The notes under the pieces are model-generated. The model saw only the letters and a list, made by a program, of their open reading frames with translations. It was not told the origin of the DNA and made no database searches. The position numbers and the translations under genes were made by a program. A stretch of DNA of 64,000 bases from Paramoeba atlantica (Eukaryota > Protista > Discosea): NCBI GenBank assembly GCA_977017575.1, contig CDRNVI010000072.1:1-64000 (forward strand), given 5' to 3'. Each line of letters opens with the position of its first letter. The first letter of the stretch is position 1. Of this stretch, positions 22,828 to 33,822 are shown one piece after another.

Positions 22828-23033
22828 AACCCAGATTGAAAGGGGCGAGGGAGATACGAAGCAACAGGCCTGGAAGATTCCCACTGAAAAGAAATGGTAT
22901 CTTCCCGCACGAGAAAAGCCTTTGCGCTTGCTAGCTCGGAGACGAACTTCGTGCGAGGAGATACCATTTCTTTTCAGTGGGAATCTTCCAGGCCTGTTGC
23001 TTCGTATCTCCCTCGCCCCTTTCAATCTGGGTT
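22828..23033 (+). repeat. Family-P 206-bp palindrome truncating the Merlin 5' end
   Basis: Near-identical to 44555-44760 including ~35 bp of adjacent body. Confidence 0.85.
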
Positions 23034-23072
23034 TATTATATTTACTTAACATACCTATACCTTGATAACATA

Positions 23073-23421
23073 AAGGGGGGTTCGTCTATTATTAACAACC
23101 ATCTATTATTAAAAATGGTATTATTTCATCTATTATTAACATTCATCTATTATTAACAAGAATTAATTTTCTTCATTTTTCGCATCTTCCCTAAAGGAAA
23201 ATTCGCTAAAACTAACTTTCATGGAGCTTTTTTTCGTAAAAGTTGGGTTATTCTTGGGGACAAGCGTAGTAAACAAGCCGAAAATAAGCCGAAAAGGTCT
23301 ATTGTTAATAATAGATGAAAAATTCATCTATTATTGAAAAAGGGGGTATTATTTCATCTATTATTAACAAACCGTCTATTATTAACAAAAACGTTTGTTA
23401 ATAATAGACGAACCCCCCCTT
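23073..23421. mobile_element. 349-bp MITE with ~26-bp TIR flanked by 21-bp direct repeats
   Basis: TIR AAGGGGGGTTCGTCTATTATTAACAA; TACCTATACCTTGATAACATA at 23052-23072 and 23422-23442; internal TCTATTATTAACA repeats. Confidence 0.9.
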
Positions 23422-24085
23422 TACCTATACCTTGATAACATACCGGGGGGTATGTTAAATGGGTATGTGGTTTATGTCCCAGGGCTACGCTCACAGTTGG
23501 GTATCTATAGAATTCAGATCTCCCAGTACTACGCTTTCATGGGGGTTAGAGCGAACGCGTACATGTGTCTATAAATTCAAGAAAAGAGGAAAAGACATTT
23601 CAATATATATTTTTGACTGGCACATTCTTGCTAAAGCCTCTCGCACTTTCACCCCTTGAGGATTGATCCTTGACGCAATGAAGCGCCGTTGCCTTTGATA
23701 CGTCGGACCGTTCGTAAACTGGTCCAATCTTTTTCACTACTTTTGAGTCCGAATCGCTAAGACAAACATTCAATTTCTCTTGCATCGTCAAACACACTTT
23801 AGAAGTCCTAGGTGTGCTGATAGAGAGAGAATGAAGTGCCTTGGTGGAGGACGGCTGACGACTGGGGGAACCAAATTATTTTTTGCGTTGAACGACATTT
23901 TCATGTCGTTCATCCCAAATTTTAATGACTTAAACAATTGAAAAACTAGAAGTCAGTATGGAAGGAAATACTTTTTTAATAGTTTTTTAGTGTCTCTATC
24001 ACACGTTCAACGTACGGCAACGATTCGTTTGAACGACCCCTATAAAATTTATCCACATAAGAATATCTTAATTCAGTAACGTGTA

Positions 24086-24820
24086 ATGGACTACCAGCCC
24101 TCCAAAGTGCGTCCCTCCAAAGTGCGAGGCGTAAATATGCCACAAGAAATGGACCTTGAACGTCTAATTAGTGGTGTTTCCAAACCACACGAAAGTTGGA
24201 GTTCACGGACACCAGCATGTCAGTGGATAGGCATAGAATGCAATCTCGACGAACAAGTCACGAAAATATTTTGGGCTCGTCGATCACTCCGTGGGCACTT
24301 GAATTTTTCGCACATCCCAATCTCAGTACTGCGTTTCGATGTTGAAGAAAACATGTTAACTGGTGGAGTATTTTTGAGTGGCTTGTCTCCGTTAGTGAAT
24401 CTTAAAGATTCCATTATTGGTAGGAATGAGTTTACTGGAAATCCGGACCTTACAGTTTTACCGCAAAATTTGTCGTCGACATGGATGGAGCAGAACAAAC
24501 TTTCGGGTGAAGTATGTCTTACCCAATTACCTACTGAATTGAAGCATCTCGACATCAGTTGCAATGAATTAACTGGGAATATTGATCTGCGGTCTCTCCC
24601 GAGTACTCTACGTAGTTTATATATGAACCAAAATTTATTTGAAGGAATTGTGGACTTGTCACATCTTCCACAAAAGCTTGATGACTTCTTTATTGATGAC
24701 AATGAACTGTTGGAAGGTACCATAATGTTAAGCAGCCTCCCTGCTAATTTAAAAGGTGAGGTTTTACGGATGACGAGAAATACTAAGCTTATTGTTGCTT
24801 CGGAATCTCTCTTGGGGTAA
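24086..24820 (+). CDS. LRR family protein (KVRG N-terminus, 22-aa LRRs)
   Basis: Intact 244-aa ORF; SKVRG..MPQE..PHESW..PACQWIGIEC; LPxxLxxLxLxxNxFxGxVDL repeats. Confidence 0.9.
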   Translation: MDYQPSKVRPSKVRGVNMPQEMDLERLISGVSKPHESWSSRTPACQWIGIECNLDEQVTKIFWARRSLRGHLNFSHIPISVLRFDVEENMLTGGVFLSGLSPLVNLKDSIIGRNEFTGNPDLTVLPQNLSSTWMEQNKLSGEVCLTQLPTELKHLDISCNELTGNIDLRSLPSTLRSLYMNQNLFEGIVDLSHLPQKLDDFFIDDNELLEGTIMLSSLPANLKGEVLRMTRNTKLIVASESLLG

Positions 24821-24919
24821 TCTACATAATCTCTCTCGGGGTAGAGTGTGTTTTGTTTTCGCAAATATCTCACTTTTCTTACACCGGACTGGATTTATAA
24901 ACATAAATCCAAAACGTAT

Positions 24920-25290
24920 ATAATTTAGTCGCTTCGTTAAACGCGGTGGTTGTTTTCAACATAGCAGTCACTCATGCTGCGAGCTTCGCGTTAAAAACTA
25001 CCTCCGGGTTCAAAACAAGCGACTAAAAAAGAAAAATTGAATAGGAAACCTAAAGATATCGGAAGGATTCGAGCCAAACATAGCAGATTTGGGGTAAAAA
25101 TGGGGGCATTTTCGCATTTTTTGGTTCTTAGAGCACTAAGTCCGACATTCGCGTGTGGGCAATCGCTCGTAGACATGAATTAAAACCTGCAGAACGTAAT
25201 GGGTAAAGAATGCGACTCCAACCACACCATTATTCCGACAGAAAAGTACCCCTTTGGAACCACGGCTCCAGGGAGCGGTATCTTAAAAAA
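24920..25290 (-). mobile_element. Diverged family-A palindrome plus partial body
   Basis: Similarity to 400-760. Confidence 0.7.
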
Positions 25291-26329
25291 ATATTGTTCT
25301 TTTTTATCTTCTTATCTGCTCATCTGTTCTTCTTATATGTGCATCTGTGCTTGCACTCGCCTACACTCACTGTTGATGGGGCAGCGCGCCTTGTGGGGGA
25401 AATATTTGCACTCCCCCCACAGGTCTATCAGATGCGCATTAAAATCTGTCGTGATGTTTGTTGTCCTTACTGGATCTGGAAGAGTTCGGTAAATGCCGTT
25501 TGCAGCATTCGTGTGGACATGCTTCCTTATCGGTACACTTATTTTGGCATTCAGTCGTGCGCACGTCAGGTCCGGTACACTTTGTGTCAACTGCTCCGTG
25601 GGTTGAAAAGGATACTTCTCTGGGAAGTATTGCCATTTGGAATCTGAAATGGCTCTGATTGTAGTGGCTGTGGCCTGCTCTGTGTGAAATGGTGGTATTG
25701 ACTCCCATCCTGTCCTACACTCTTCCGTATCTGTGTACCATTTCCGAAATCGACAGTATGTTGGTAGACGTTTCAAGTGTGGTGCGCACTTGGTCGGTCG
25801 TGTCCCATACCCACTCTGGAACTTTGTCCTCCGGGCTTGGTAAGAGGGGTCACAAGAGTCCACATCCGACCTTCAGGATCTCTTGGGCGTGGAGACGGAG
25901 GAGGGATTGGAGTAAACGATCAAGAGGAGTTACACTGGTGGATAGATAAGAGGGTGGGTAAAGTATTGATGAAAAAGGACGAAAGTTGAAAAAAGCACTG
26001 CTCCGTGCAATAATATTTTTTCGTCTATTATCCGACAAAAATCTACCCTAAATTGACCCTATTTTTTTGAGAAACAAATGCTTTTATTTTCGTTTTTTAC
26101 AATTCTTTTTCGTAATTTTGCGTACGTCTGGTACGTTCCTTTCGTATTTCCGCATTGATTTCGTCTATATGGGCTGTCTAGGGTGCGCACCATTAGCCGG
26201 AATAATATTGGTGACTTCAATTCTACTGAAAACTACTGAAAATGTTGTTCTATGGATGAAAAATCATTCTTCGGGGCGTACACTCCTTGTTTTCGCTGTG
26301 GAGAGCGGCTTCGCTAACTTTTTTAAAAG

Positions 26330-26608
26330 AATTTGAGGACGCACCCAAGTGTGGTTTAGAAGTGCCAGGATTCGGTCTCTTTTTTATCACCAAATGCCGA
26401 ATCGTTGATGAAACCCGTGGCTGGCTTCTTATTGCGAGCCACAGATCGCCGTTACCGTGTATACTGGCACCGGGGGAACTCAAGGTACGTGCCCAGACCA
26501 CCTTAGAGGGAACAGATGCAAGCATATTTATTTTGTTTTGATGAAGGAACTTCATGATGAAAAACATCTGGCTGTTTTGAAATCTGAATTCACTACACGG
26601 GAACTTTC
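26330..26608 (+). pseudogene. SWIM zinc-finger protein pseudogene, interrupted by a Merlin element
   Basis: TCPDHLRGNRCKHIYFVL SWIM signature; frameshifts upstream. Confidence 0.65.
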
Positions 26609-28210
26609 GGCCAAAGTAAAGGAATATTGCATAAGTCAAGGAATATTGCATAAGTCAAGGAATATTGCATAAGTCAAGGAATATTGCATAAGTCAAGGAA
26701 TATTGCATAAGTCAAGGAACATTGCGTAAGTCAGGGAATATTGCATAAATCAAGAAGCACTTCTGTCCTCCCGGTGAGGCCCCGGAGTTGCGAGAGGCCT
26801 CCATACCCCACAACTACCACCTTCCCCCCATATTTAGCGGGGGTCGCTCGAGCGACCCCTGATAAATGGGGGGAAAGTGGTAGTTGTTTCGAGGAATATG
26901 AAAGGCCGAACGCACGGAGGTGACGGCCGGGTCACTGAGGTAAGACAGTCCTAGGACCTCCTACGTTACTTCTAGCATGTCAACACGTACAACCGTTATA
27001 TGATAAATACTGTTACAAGATAGGGGAATGTAATATCTTTCAAATACGAGCGTAGAAGAATATGAGTGTTGCTAACGTGGACAATTCTGGAAGAAACAAT
27101 TCTGGAAGGAGTAGCATCTTGTTCCTGTTGTTTCCTCTTCGTCGTCCCGGAAAAAACACACCTGGGCGCAAAACATGCGGATGTCTTGAAAGATGCGACG
27201 AATACGGGAGATGCCATTGACCGTTAGAGAATCATTATCAAGTTCAGCAAAGAGCTTCATGCGGTTGGTACGGACGTCCTCTGCATTGCCAGGGCGACCG
27301 CCCCGACTTTTTAGCTCCTTTTTGAGACTTGAATTAGCTGCCTCCACGGTGTTCGTGTGAACACCAGTTGCAGCCACCTACTCCTTCTTGTGGTTTACTA
27401 CATCGCTGCGCCACTCTCTACTTAGGCACTTGCTTGCTGCGGCACCGTCCGTATATACGTATTTGGGTACGATAATTTTTAGCGGCATGTCGGACATGTG
27501 CTGTCATGGTGGCTGCGTCCGTCCTTTCCAGATACCGAACAAAGATTTCCTTCATGGGATAATGCACCTCTCCGGTGGTATCAAGCACTTGATCACAATT
27601 CACAAGTGTATGGTACCAGGAAGATCCATCACGATGTGCTCTTTTCCCTTTCCCACATCCCATGAGTTTACTCTTGGAAACACAAGTCTCGTCTTTTTGC
27701 ATAAAGACTACCGTTCCTTCCACCGCATCAAAGCGCATGTCGTGCGCCATGGCAATTATGAACTCAAGCATTTGCGTGACAGCCATAACAGTCACTCTAC
27801 TCAGCGTACTTTCGCGCAAAATATGCTTGACTGCTATTCTTTGAGCCAAACTATATAGGATCTGCAAAGTGTCTTTGATGCCCCGTTTGCTCTCCTGACT
27901 AAAAAGGGGTTCCATGATGCTGTACCGAGCTCGGCAACCGTTGGTCTCCAGGTCAGGGCAATACCAAAACTCTCCGTCGCAGACGCAGGATAACTCCTTA
28001 TTTCCATGGTACTTTTTTTGTTACACCGGACCTGTTGTTTCTCCACTCGTGTCCCCAAAATTGGTGAAAGACAGATGCTCAAAGCAAATAAAGTCGTCGC
28101 AAGCCTCACAAAACCAGTTCACACTACGCAGGCATGAAAAAAAAAGAAATAACACAATTTACGGCTTATGCAATATTCCTTTACTTATGCAATATTCTTT
28201 GACTTTCCCC
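26609..28210 (-). mobile_element. Merlin transposon (degenerate transposase, 8-bp TSD)
   Basis: Ends GG..AAAGT followed by 19-bp AAGGAATATTGCATAAGTC arrays; flanks GAACTTTC (26601-08)/GAATTTTC (28211-18); QKDETC, YTDG, VNHKKE, GVHTNTVE. Confidence 0.88.
26765..26945. repeat. Family-D partial copy inside the Merlin
   Basis: Matches 4250-4420. Confidence 0.8.
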
Positions 28211-28255
28211 GAATTTTCAATACATATTCTAAAGTGTTATGAAACAATGCATGTA

Positions 28256-29007
28256 AACCCTGTTCCGGGTTAATGTGTCTAGATCTACTTATTGTTCAGG
28301 GGGGGCACAATAAGTGGAAATGACCGCTATTATTGTGCCCCCCCTCCAAAATATTGGGGATCCCATATTTTGGAGGGGGGGTTTATTCCCATTGTCTCAA
28401 AATTAACTTTGTTCAACACCGCATTCCTTAAATATACTCCCCCTGTCATTAATAATGATAATCTTAAAAACATTGTCATTCTACGTGGTGAAGACTCTTA
28501 AAAGATTATCAACTTTATTTCATGCACGCAGGATTTTCTTACAAAAAATTTTGTGTCTTAAAAAAACAGTATTTTGAACTAAACAACTACTGGTAAGGTT
28601 TCAAAAACGGCCCAAATTTGGGCTAAAATTTCGCAATTTTTGCCGAAAAATCGCGCTTTTTCACCCAAAAAAGGAGATTGTTCACAATGTTTTGGCAATT
28701 TTTCTTTTTTAGGCTCTTCGTTAAACGCGGAGGTAGTTTTCAACGCGAAGCGCACAGCGTGAGTGACTTCTAAGTTGAAAACAACCGCCGCGTTTAACGA
28801 AGAGCCTAAAATTAATGACAGGGGGAGTAACTAATTCTGCACATAAAGAGGTTTGTCCATAAAAAAAAGCGCCGCGAATTGTTTTAATCTTTTTTTGGTT
28901 TTTCCAGTATTTAGTTATTGTTCCTAGAGCCACGTATTGTGCCTAGAGCCAGTTATTGTGCAGGGGGTGGGGGGGGGGGGGGGGGCACAATAACCCGGAA
29001 CACGGTT
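28256..29007. mobile_element. TA-flanked MITE (TIR AACCSTGTTCCGGGTTA)
   Basis: 17-bp TIR, TA at both sides, palindromic target CATG-TA-CATG. Confidence 0.75.
28437..28827. mobile_element. Nested TA-flanked MITE (TIR CTCCCCCTGTCATTAAT) containing a family-A palindrome
   Basis: Perfect 17-bp TIR with TA; palindrome at ~28700-28810. Confidence 0.8.
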
Positions 29008-29288
29008 TACATGACATTTGTGAACGTTTGTAACTGCCTATTGTTCTGGAAATGTGTTGAAATGTGTTTTAGAAGTGTTGAAGCTATAAGCTTTATTCAA
29101 AAATTAATAAAACAATTAGTGAAAAAAATTACCTGTTTTTGAACTTTAGGGTTCATTTTTTCCGGAATACTTTCCTTTTTTGTCCCTTCGTTACAAACCG
29201 TGGTTCTTTTCAACCTTCAAAAGGCACTACATCTTACCCGCTTTTTTTCTTTTCCCTTCCTTTTCCCTCTTTCCTGTATATTCCCCCT

Positions 29289-29933
29289 ATGTCTCCCCTC
29301 TTTATCATGGCCTCGGACCCCTCCCCCCCACCGGGACGTGGCTCCACACCCTCCAAGCTTGCCTCCACCACACTCCCCCCGGAGTTTCACCTCTCCCGTT
29401 TCCTCCATCCCCTCACCAACCCGCACAGCTCATGGGAGACCTCCCACGCGGCCTGTGAATGGGAGGGGGTGAAGTGTAACGACCAGAAGCAACTCGTCGC
29501 GTTGCTCTGGCAGGGGAGGGGGTTGAAAGGGGGGGTGGCCTGGGAGCACCTGCGGGTACTCCCGGCTACCCTAGTGGAGATCCACCTCGGGGAGGGTCAC
29601 TTGTTTGACCGGAATGAGCTGCACGGGACGGTGGACTGGGGCGCGCTTCCGCGGGCCCTGGAGAAGCTGTCGTTGTCGTACAACCAGTTTGAGGGGGGTG
29701 TGGTGTTTTCGGAGCTCCCGCGGACGCTGCGGGAGTTGGATGTGGAGGCGAATCGGTTTTCGGGGGAGGTGGATTTTGAGGCGATCCCGGAGGATATGTT
29801 TGCGTGTGTGTTGTCGCATAATTGGAAACTGCGGGGGACGTTGGATTATTCGAAGTTACGAAAACGGGTTATTTTTATGGTATCGAGTACGGAGATTGAG
29901 GTAAAGGAAAGGATGATGCAGTTTAGGTTTTAA
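29289..29933 (+). CDS. LRR family protein, GC-rich paralog
   Basis: ATG at 29289; SKLAST.LPPE..NPHSSW..ACEWEGVKC; LRR repeats; 214 aa. Confidence 0.85.
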   Translation: MSPLFIMASDPSPPPGRGSTPSKLASTTLPPEFHLSRFLHPLTNPHSSWETSHAACEWEGVKCNDQKQLVALLWQGRGLKGGVAWEHLRVLPATLVEIHLGEGHLFDRNELHGTVDWGALPRALEKLSLSYNQFEGGVVFSELPRTLRELDVEANRFSGEVDFEAIPEDMFACVLSHNWKLRGTLDYSKLRKRVIFMVSSTEIEVKERMMQFRF

Positions 29934-30376
29934 TGGGAATGCGGTGTGAAGAGTTTCAAAAAAAATTGAAGAAGAGTTTCTTTGCTGTTTCCTACGCTGT
30001 GTTATGGGAAGATGATTTACATAAAAAGTTGCTAAAATAGTGGTCGCGTAACTCCTTTTAATAGAAAGAGTAATTTTGGTATCTCATTTGTTTACGCTAA
30101 TTTTGGTTGGAGCAATTTTGTTGGAGCTCATTGGAGCAATGAGCAATTGGAGCGAATGTTCATCGTAAAAATTTGTCACATGCTTTTTTCTTTCCCACTT
30201 TTCTCCTTTCTATTTTTCGCTGAAAAGTATCCTAAACTTATCATTGTATTGTTTTTTTCTATTATTTACATGTATAGACGCTTATAAAAGAGTCCGGTGA
30301 AGAGCATTCCTTTCAATACGCTGTATGCACTTTTTACTTTCTGCTTTCATTACTTTTCTTCATTTTTCTTGTTTTC

Positions 30377-30658
30377 ATGACAACTGCAAAAGTATTAAAA
30401 TTGTATCGCTCGTCTTTGAAAGCGGCACGCGATTTCGTAGATTACAATTTTCGTGAATATGCGCTGCGTTCCGTGCGAAACCGATACCGTAGTAACCGTT
30501 CAGTCACGAATCCGCAACAGATTGAAGACCTGATCCGTGAAGGAGAGAAAAACTTGCAAATTCTTCGCCGACAAGTTCTTATAGGAAAGCTATACGCGTC
30601 TAACTCTGTATTTCTGTCTCGCAACTCTGAAAAATCGGACTCTGAAAAAGTGACTTAG
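30377..30658 (+). CDS. ISD11: LYR-motif protein ISD11/LYRM4
   Basis: LKLYRSSLK.A..F.DYNFREYA.R......F-equivalent, LQILRRQ..I.KLY; intronless. Confidence 0.9.
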   Translation: MTTAKVLKLYRSSLKAARDFVDYNFREYALRSVRNRYRSNRSVTNPQQIEDLIREGEKNLQILRRQVLIGKLYASNSVFLSRNSEKSDSEKVT

Positions 30659-30862
30659 CCCTCATATTTGCTCCCTTTAGACAACTGTATATGGACGGAG
30701 TAGTTAGTATCTTTTGTGTACGTTCATTCTGGATGTGAAAATACATTGAATGTGTTTTTGAATTTTATGTCGTTGTAAAAACGGAAGTATTCTTTCAACT
30801 CTATCTAAAGCATACACACAAGTACCAGATCTTTCTTCATACATTTATACACCCATATTTTC

Positions 30863-31474
30863 ATGAAATCAGAAAAGAAATGTTCTCCATCCAATTCTTT
30901 ACCAAAAAAGCGATCCGTCTCTTTCGCTACTACCATACCTCAGCGCAATGAGTACGTAACCCTTAACCCCTCCAACGTATTTGGCACTTCTCTGTTTGAT
31001 TACAACATTGCTCGCAAGAAGGAAGAGGACGAAATTGTGAAACGAAGAATTTTACGTGGATCCCACAGTTTTCACACATCCTTACCCCTCGAAACTCTAA
31101 AATCGGCTCCAATCCAAAACGACGGGAGCAATAAAATAATAAAAAAAAGCAGCAAGCGTAAAAAGGGTGGGAATCCCTTTATCGATGTAAAAGATTTGAA
31201 GGCTACGAAAACCAATGCTAAGAGAACTAAAATCCAAGACATATCGAATTGTGAAGACAAATTGATATTCCCTGCCGTGCTAGAAGAAGACTCCACTCAC
31301 ATTCCGATCACTTCTCAGCAAGTGTTTCACCCTTTTCAGATTCCTACCGCTTTAGACACAAACTGGCTTACGGTTCTGGAGCTAAAGCGGGAACTCTCGA
31401 CAAGAGCGCTTCCTGTTTTCGGGAATAAAGCTTCTCTAAGGAAAAGATTAGAAAAAGCACTTAAGGAGTCGTGA
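30863..31474 (+). CDS. Protein with C-terminal SAP domain
   Basis: LTVLELKRELSTRALPVFGNKASLRKRLEKAL. Confidence 0.75.
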   Translation: MKSEKKCSPSNSLPKKRSVSFATTIPQRNEYVTLNPSNVFGTSLFDYNIARKKEEDEIVKRRILRGSHSFHTSLPLETLKSAPIQNDGSNKIIKKSSKRKKGGNPFIDVKDLKATKTNAKRTKIQDISNCEDKLIFPAVLEEDSTHIPITSQQVFHPFQIPTALDTNWLTVLELKRELSTRALPVFGNKASLRKRLEKALKES

Positions 31475-31572
31475 ATGGCAAAAAGGGGTCATTAGTCCAC
31501 TCGATCGGTCTTCAATTTGATATTTCGTTCAAATTGATAAAAATATCTTTATGAAAACGCATCTTTAAAATA

Positions 31573-32113
31573 CCGTGGAAACATTAATTAAGAGACACAT
31601 TAAATAAGGGAACACTAAATAAGGGAATAATTATTTTTTGTCGATTTTTGTCATTTTCAGACAATTAATAATTAATAATTATTTTTTCCACCCATGGCCC
31701 AGGCACCCCCAAACCCTGCTGAGCGCGCATAGCAATATTTCAGAGTTTAGGTGAAAAAAACGAAATATGCAACCGAAACGTTCTAATACGTGAAGTATCC
31801 ACTTATTAACACACTTTCTCGAATTTTCACTTGTTATCACACAATTCGCTTATTATCACACCTTATTATTATCAAAAAGGTGTGATAATGGGTGTGATAA
31901 TGTGATAATGGGTGTGATAATAAGGTGTGATCAAAACGGTGTGATAATGGGTGGTCCCCCCTCTACTTATCTCGTCATCTTTGGCTATTTTCAACTTGAT
32001 TCCCGCAAAACAATTAAGGGAACATAAAATAAGGGAACACTAATTAAGGGAATAATTTTTTTTGAAAACCATTTTCCCTTAATTAGTGTAATTCTTAATT
32101 AAAGTTTCCACGG
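31573..32113. mobile_element. 541-bp TA-flanked MITE (TIR CCGTGGAAAC.TTAATTAAGA)
   Basis: TIR and TA seen at both ends; internal AATAAGGGAAC and GTGTGATAAT repeats. Confidence 0.85.
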
Positions 32114-32295
32114 TATGTATTTTTAAAATGATCTTTCATCTATTTTCTCTCACTCTCTTGATTTAATAAAAACTAGTGATTAGTTTTGTACAAACACATA
32201 TACCAAAATCTCATTATCTCTTTATTCTTTATTTCAAAGGTCCTTTTCTTTAATCCTTCTCCTCACACAACAAACACAACCGCACCGTCCGTTTC

Positions 32296-33399
32296 ATGGC
32301 ACATTTTTCAAACCTCCCTATTCCCGAAAAATCGTTTCCTGCGCAAGAGGCAAAACCTTTGCCTCCTTGTTTCACCTTTTCTTTTTGTTCTTCAACAACA
32401 ACAGCAACGACTAAAAAACAATCTTTTAAAACGCAACCCACAAAACATATTCAGTGGTCACACAAACTGATTGGGAGCTCGACTGAAAAATTGCTGCCAT
32501 CGCCGATTCACAAATCGCGCCTCTGGTGGGCACAAAAACAAAAAATTTGCTCTCGTCCTCAATCTGCAATTATTCCTTTAGCGGGTACAAAAGGCATCGT
32601 TCTTCGCTGTCCTGTTGGGGGAAGTGTCACGCTTTCCTTTGCCGCGCTCTCCCGTGATTTTTGTGACGAATGGATAAACGAAAGTCAACCGAATGTGAGG
32701 GGAGCGAAATCTCGGCGAACGCAAGTCGTAGAACTCGAACGAAGTCCCGTTTTAGCAAAAACACAAAAAACCAAAGGCTTCCCGGTTTCACCATTTTTTT
32801 CACCGGAAAAGACAAGTCCCCAACAGGACACACACAGAAATACAAAATATAGGACTGGACGCAAAGTGCGACTTATGATTTCACCTCTTTCTTCATTTTC
32901 GTCCAACGCATCACTTGAAGCGTACAACACAGCATCCTTTTCAAAACACGGCCATCGAGAAGAAACACAATCGAATTTTTCGTCTTCTTCGGACAGCTTT
33001 TCACCGGATGGGCGGGATTCTTTTTTTCGCCCACCTTCTTCTTTTTTTTCTTTTTCTTCTTCTTCTTCATGTTCTTCAGTACCTCGTTCTTTTACTCTCG
33101 CTACCTTAACGGCACAACGCCCAAGCCAAGGCTTGTCTTTTTGCCTACCCCCAGGGTCGTATTCGGTGTATGGCATAAAATACGACGAGAGGAATCCGAG
33201 TCCAAACTCTGATTCTTCTTCTCGAGCTTTCGGTTCTCTAGAACGTTTCAAAAATAAAGAAAACTCGAAAATGGATTTTCGGGATTTCATAAAAACTAAA
33301 AGGAGAAGAAAACAACAAAAGGAAGAAAGCAGAGATTTCTCTTTTTCTGGTGTTTATCTTCAATGGAAACAGAAAGGTATTCGGGTGTATAATGCGTGA
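32296..33399 (+). CDS. Hypothetical Ser-rich protein
   Basis: 367-aa ORF co-oriented with neighbours; no domain recognised. Confidence 0.55.
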   Translation: MAHFSNLPIPEKSFPAQEAKPLPPCFTFSFCSSTTTATTKKQSFKTQPTKHIQWSHKLIGSSTEKLLPSPIHKSRLWWAQKQKICSRPQSAIIPLAGTKGIVLRCPVGGSVTLSFAALSRDFCDEWINESQPNVRGAKSRRTQVVELERSPVLAKTQKTKGFPVSPFFSPEKTSPQQDTHRNTKYRTGRKVRLMISPLSSFSSNASLEAYNTASFSKHGHREETQSNFSSSSDSFSPDGRDSFFRPPSSFFSFSSSSSCSSVPRSFTLATLTAQRPSQGLSFCLPPGSYSVYGIKYDERNPSPNSDSSSRAFGSLERFKNKENSKMDFRDFIKTKRRRKQQKEESRDFSFSGVYLQWKQKGIRVYNA

Positions 33400-33822
33400 G
33401 CGTTGAGTGTTTACTCTTTATAAACGCAAGTAAACTAATGAATGATATGAACTTACTTTTCGCATGCATCTATCTACGGAGTCAGAGTATACAGCATATT
33501 ATATTTGTGAGTGGCATTTGATTGCACGTTACTCCGATGACAGTCCTGTAGATATGCAACGTCCTGTAGCATGACAATAGTATGGCTCATTGGCTGGTAG
33601 ATTTGGTGTTAGATTCTTCTATAGAGGATGTGCGGTGATCCTTTTATGCATTTATGTATGTGCTTATGTGCTTCTTATTTATTCCCTATAGTAAATTTCT
33701 TGCGCTTTATTTTGTTGCCATTGCTCGCGCTTAAACTTATGGTTCGAATCACTATAATCACTGTCTGAATTACTTCACAATTTTTTACGAGCACTGTAAG
33801 TAGTTCTTAGACGTGGTTATGC

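Noticed and set aside
25333-26038. Minus-strand ORFs with a VHTN-like motif
   Set aside because: No other Merlin or RT motifs in frame; cannot assign
3457-28210. 19-20-bp arrays and the satellite as CRISPR arrays
   Set aside because: No unique spacers, no cas genes, eukaryotic context
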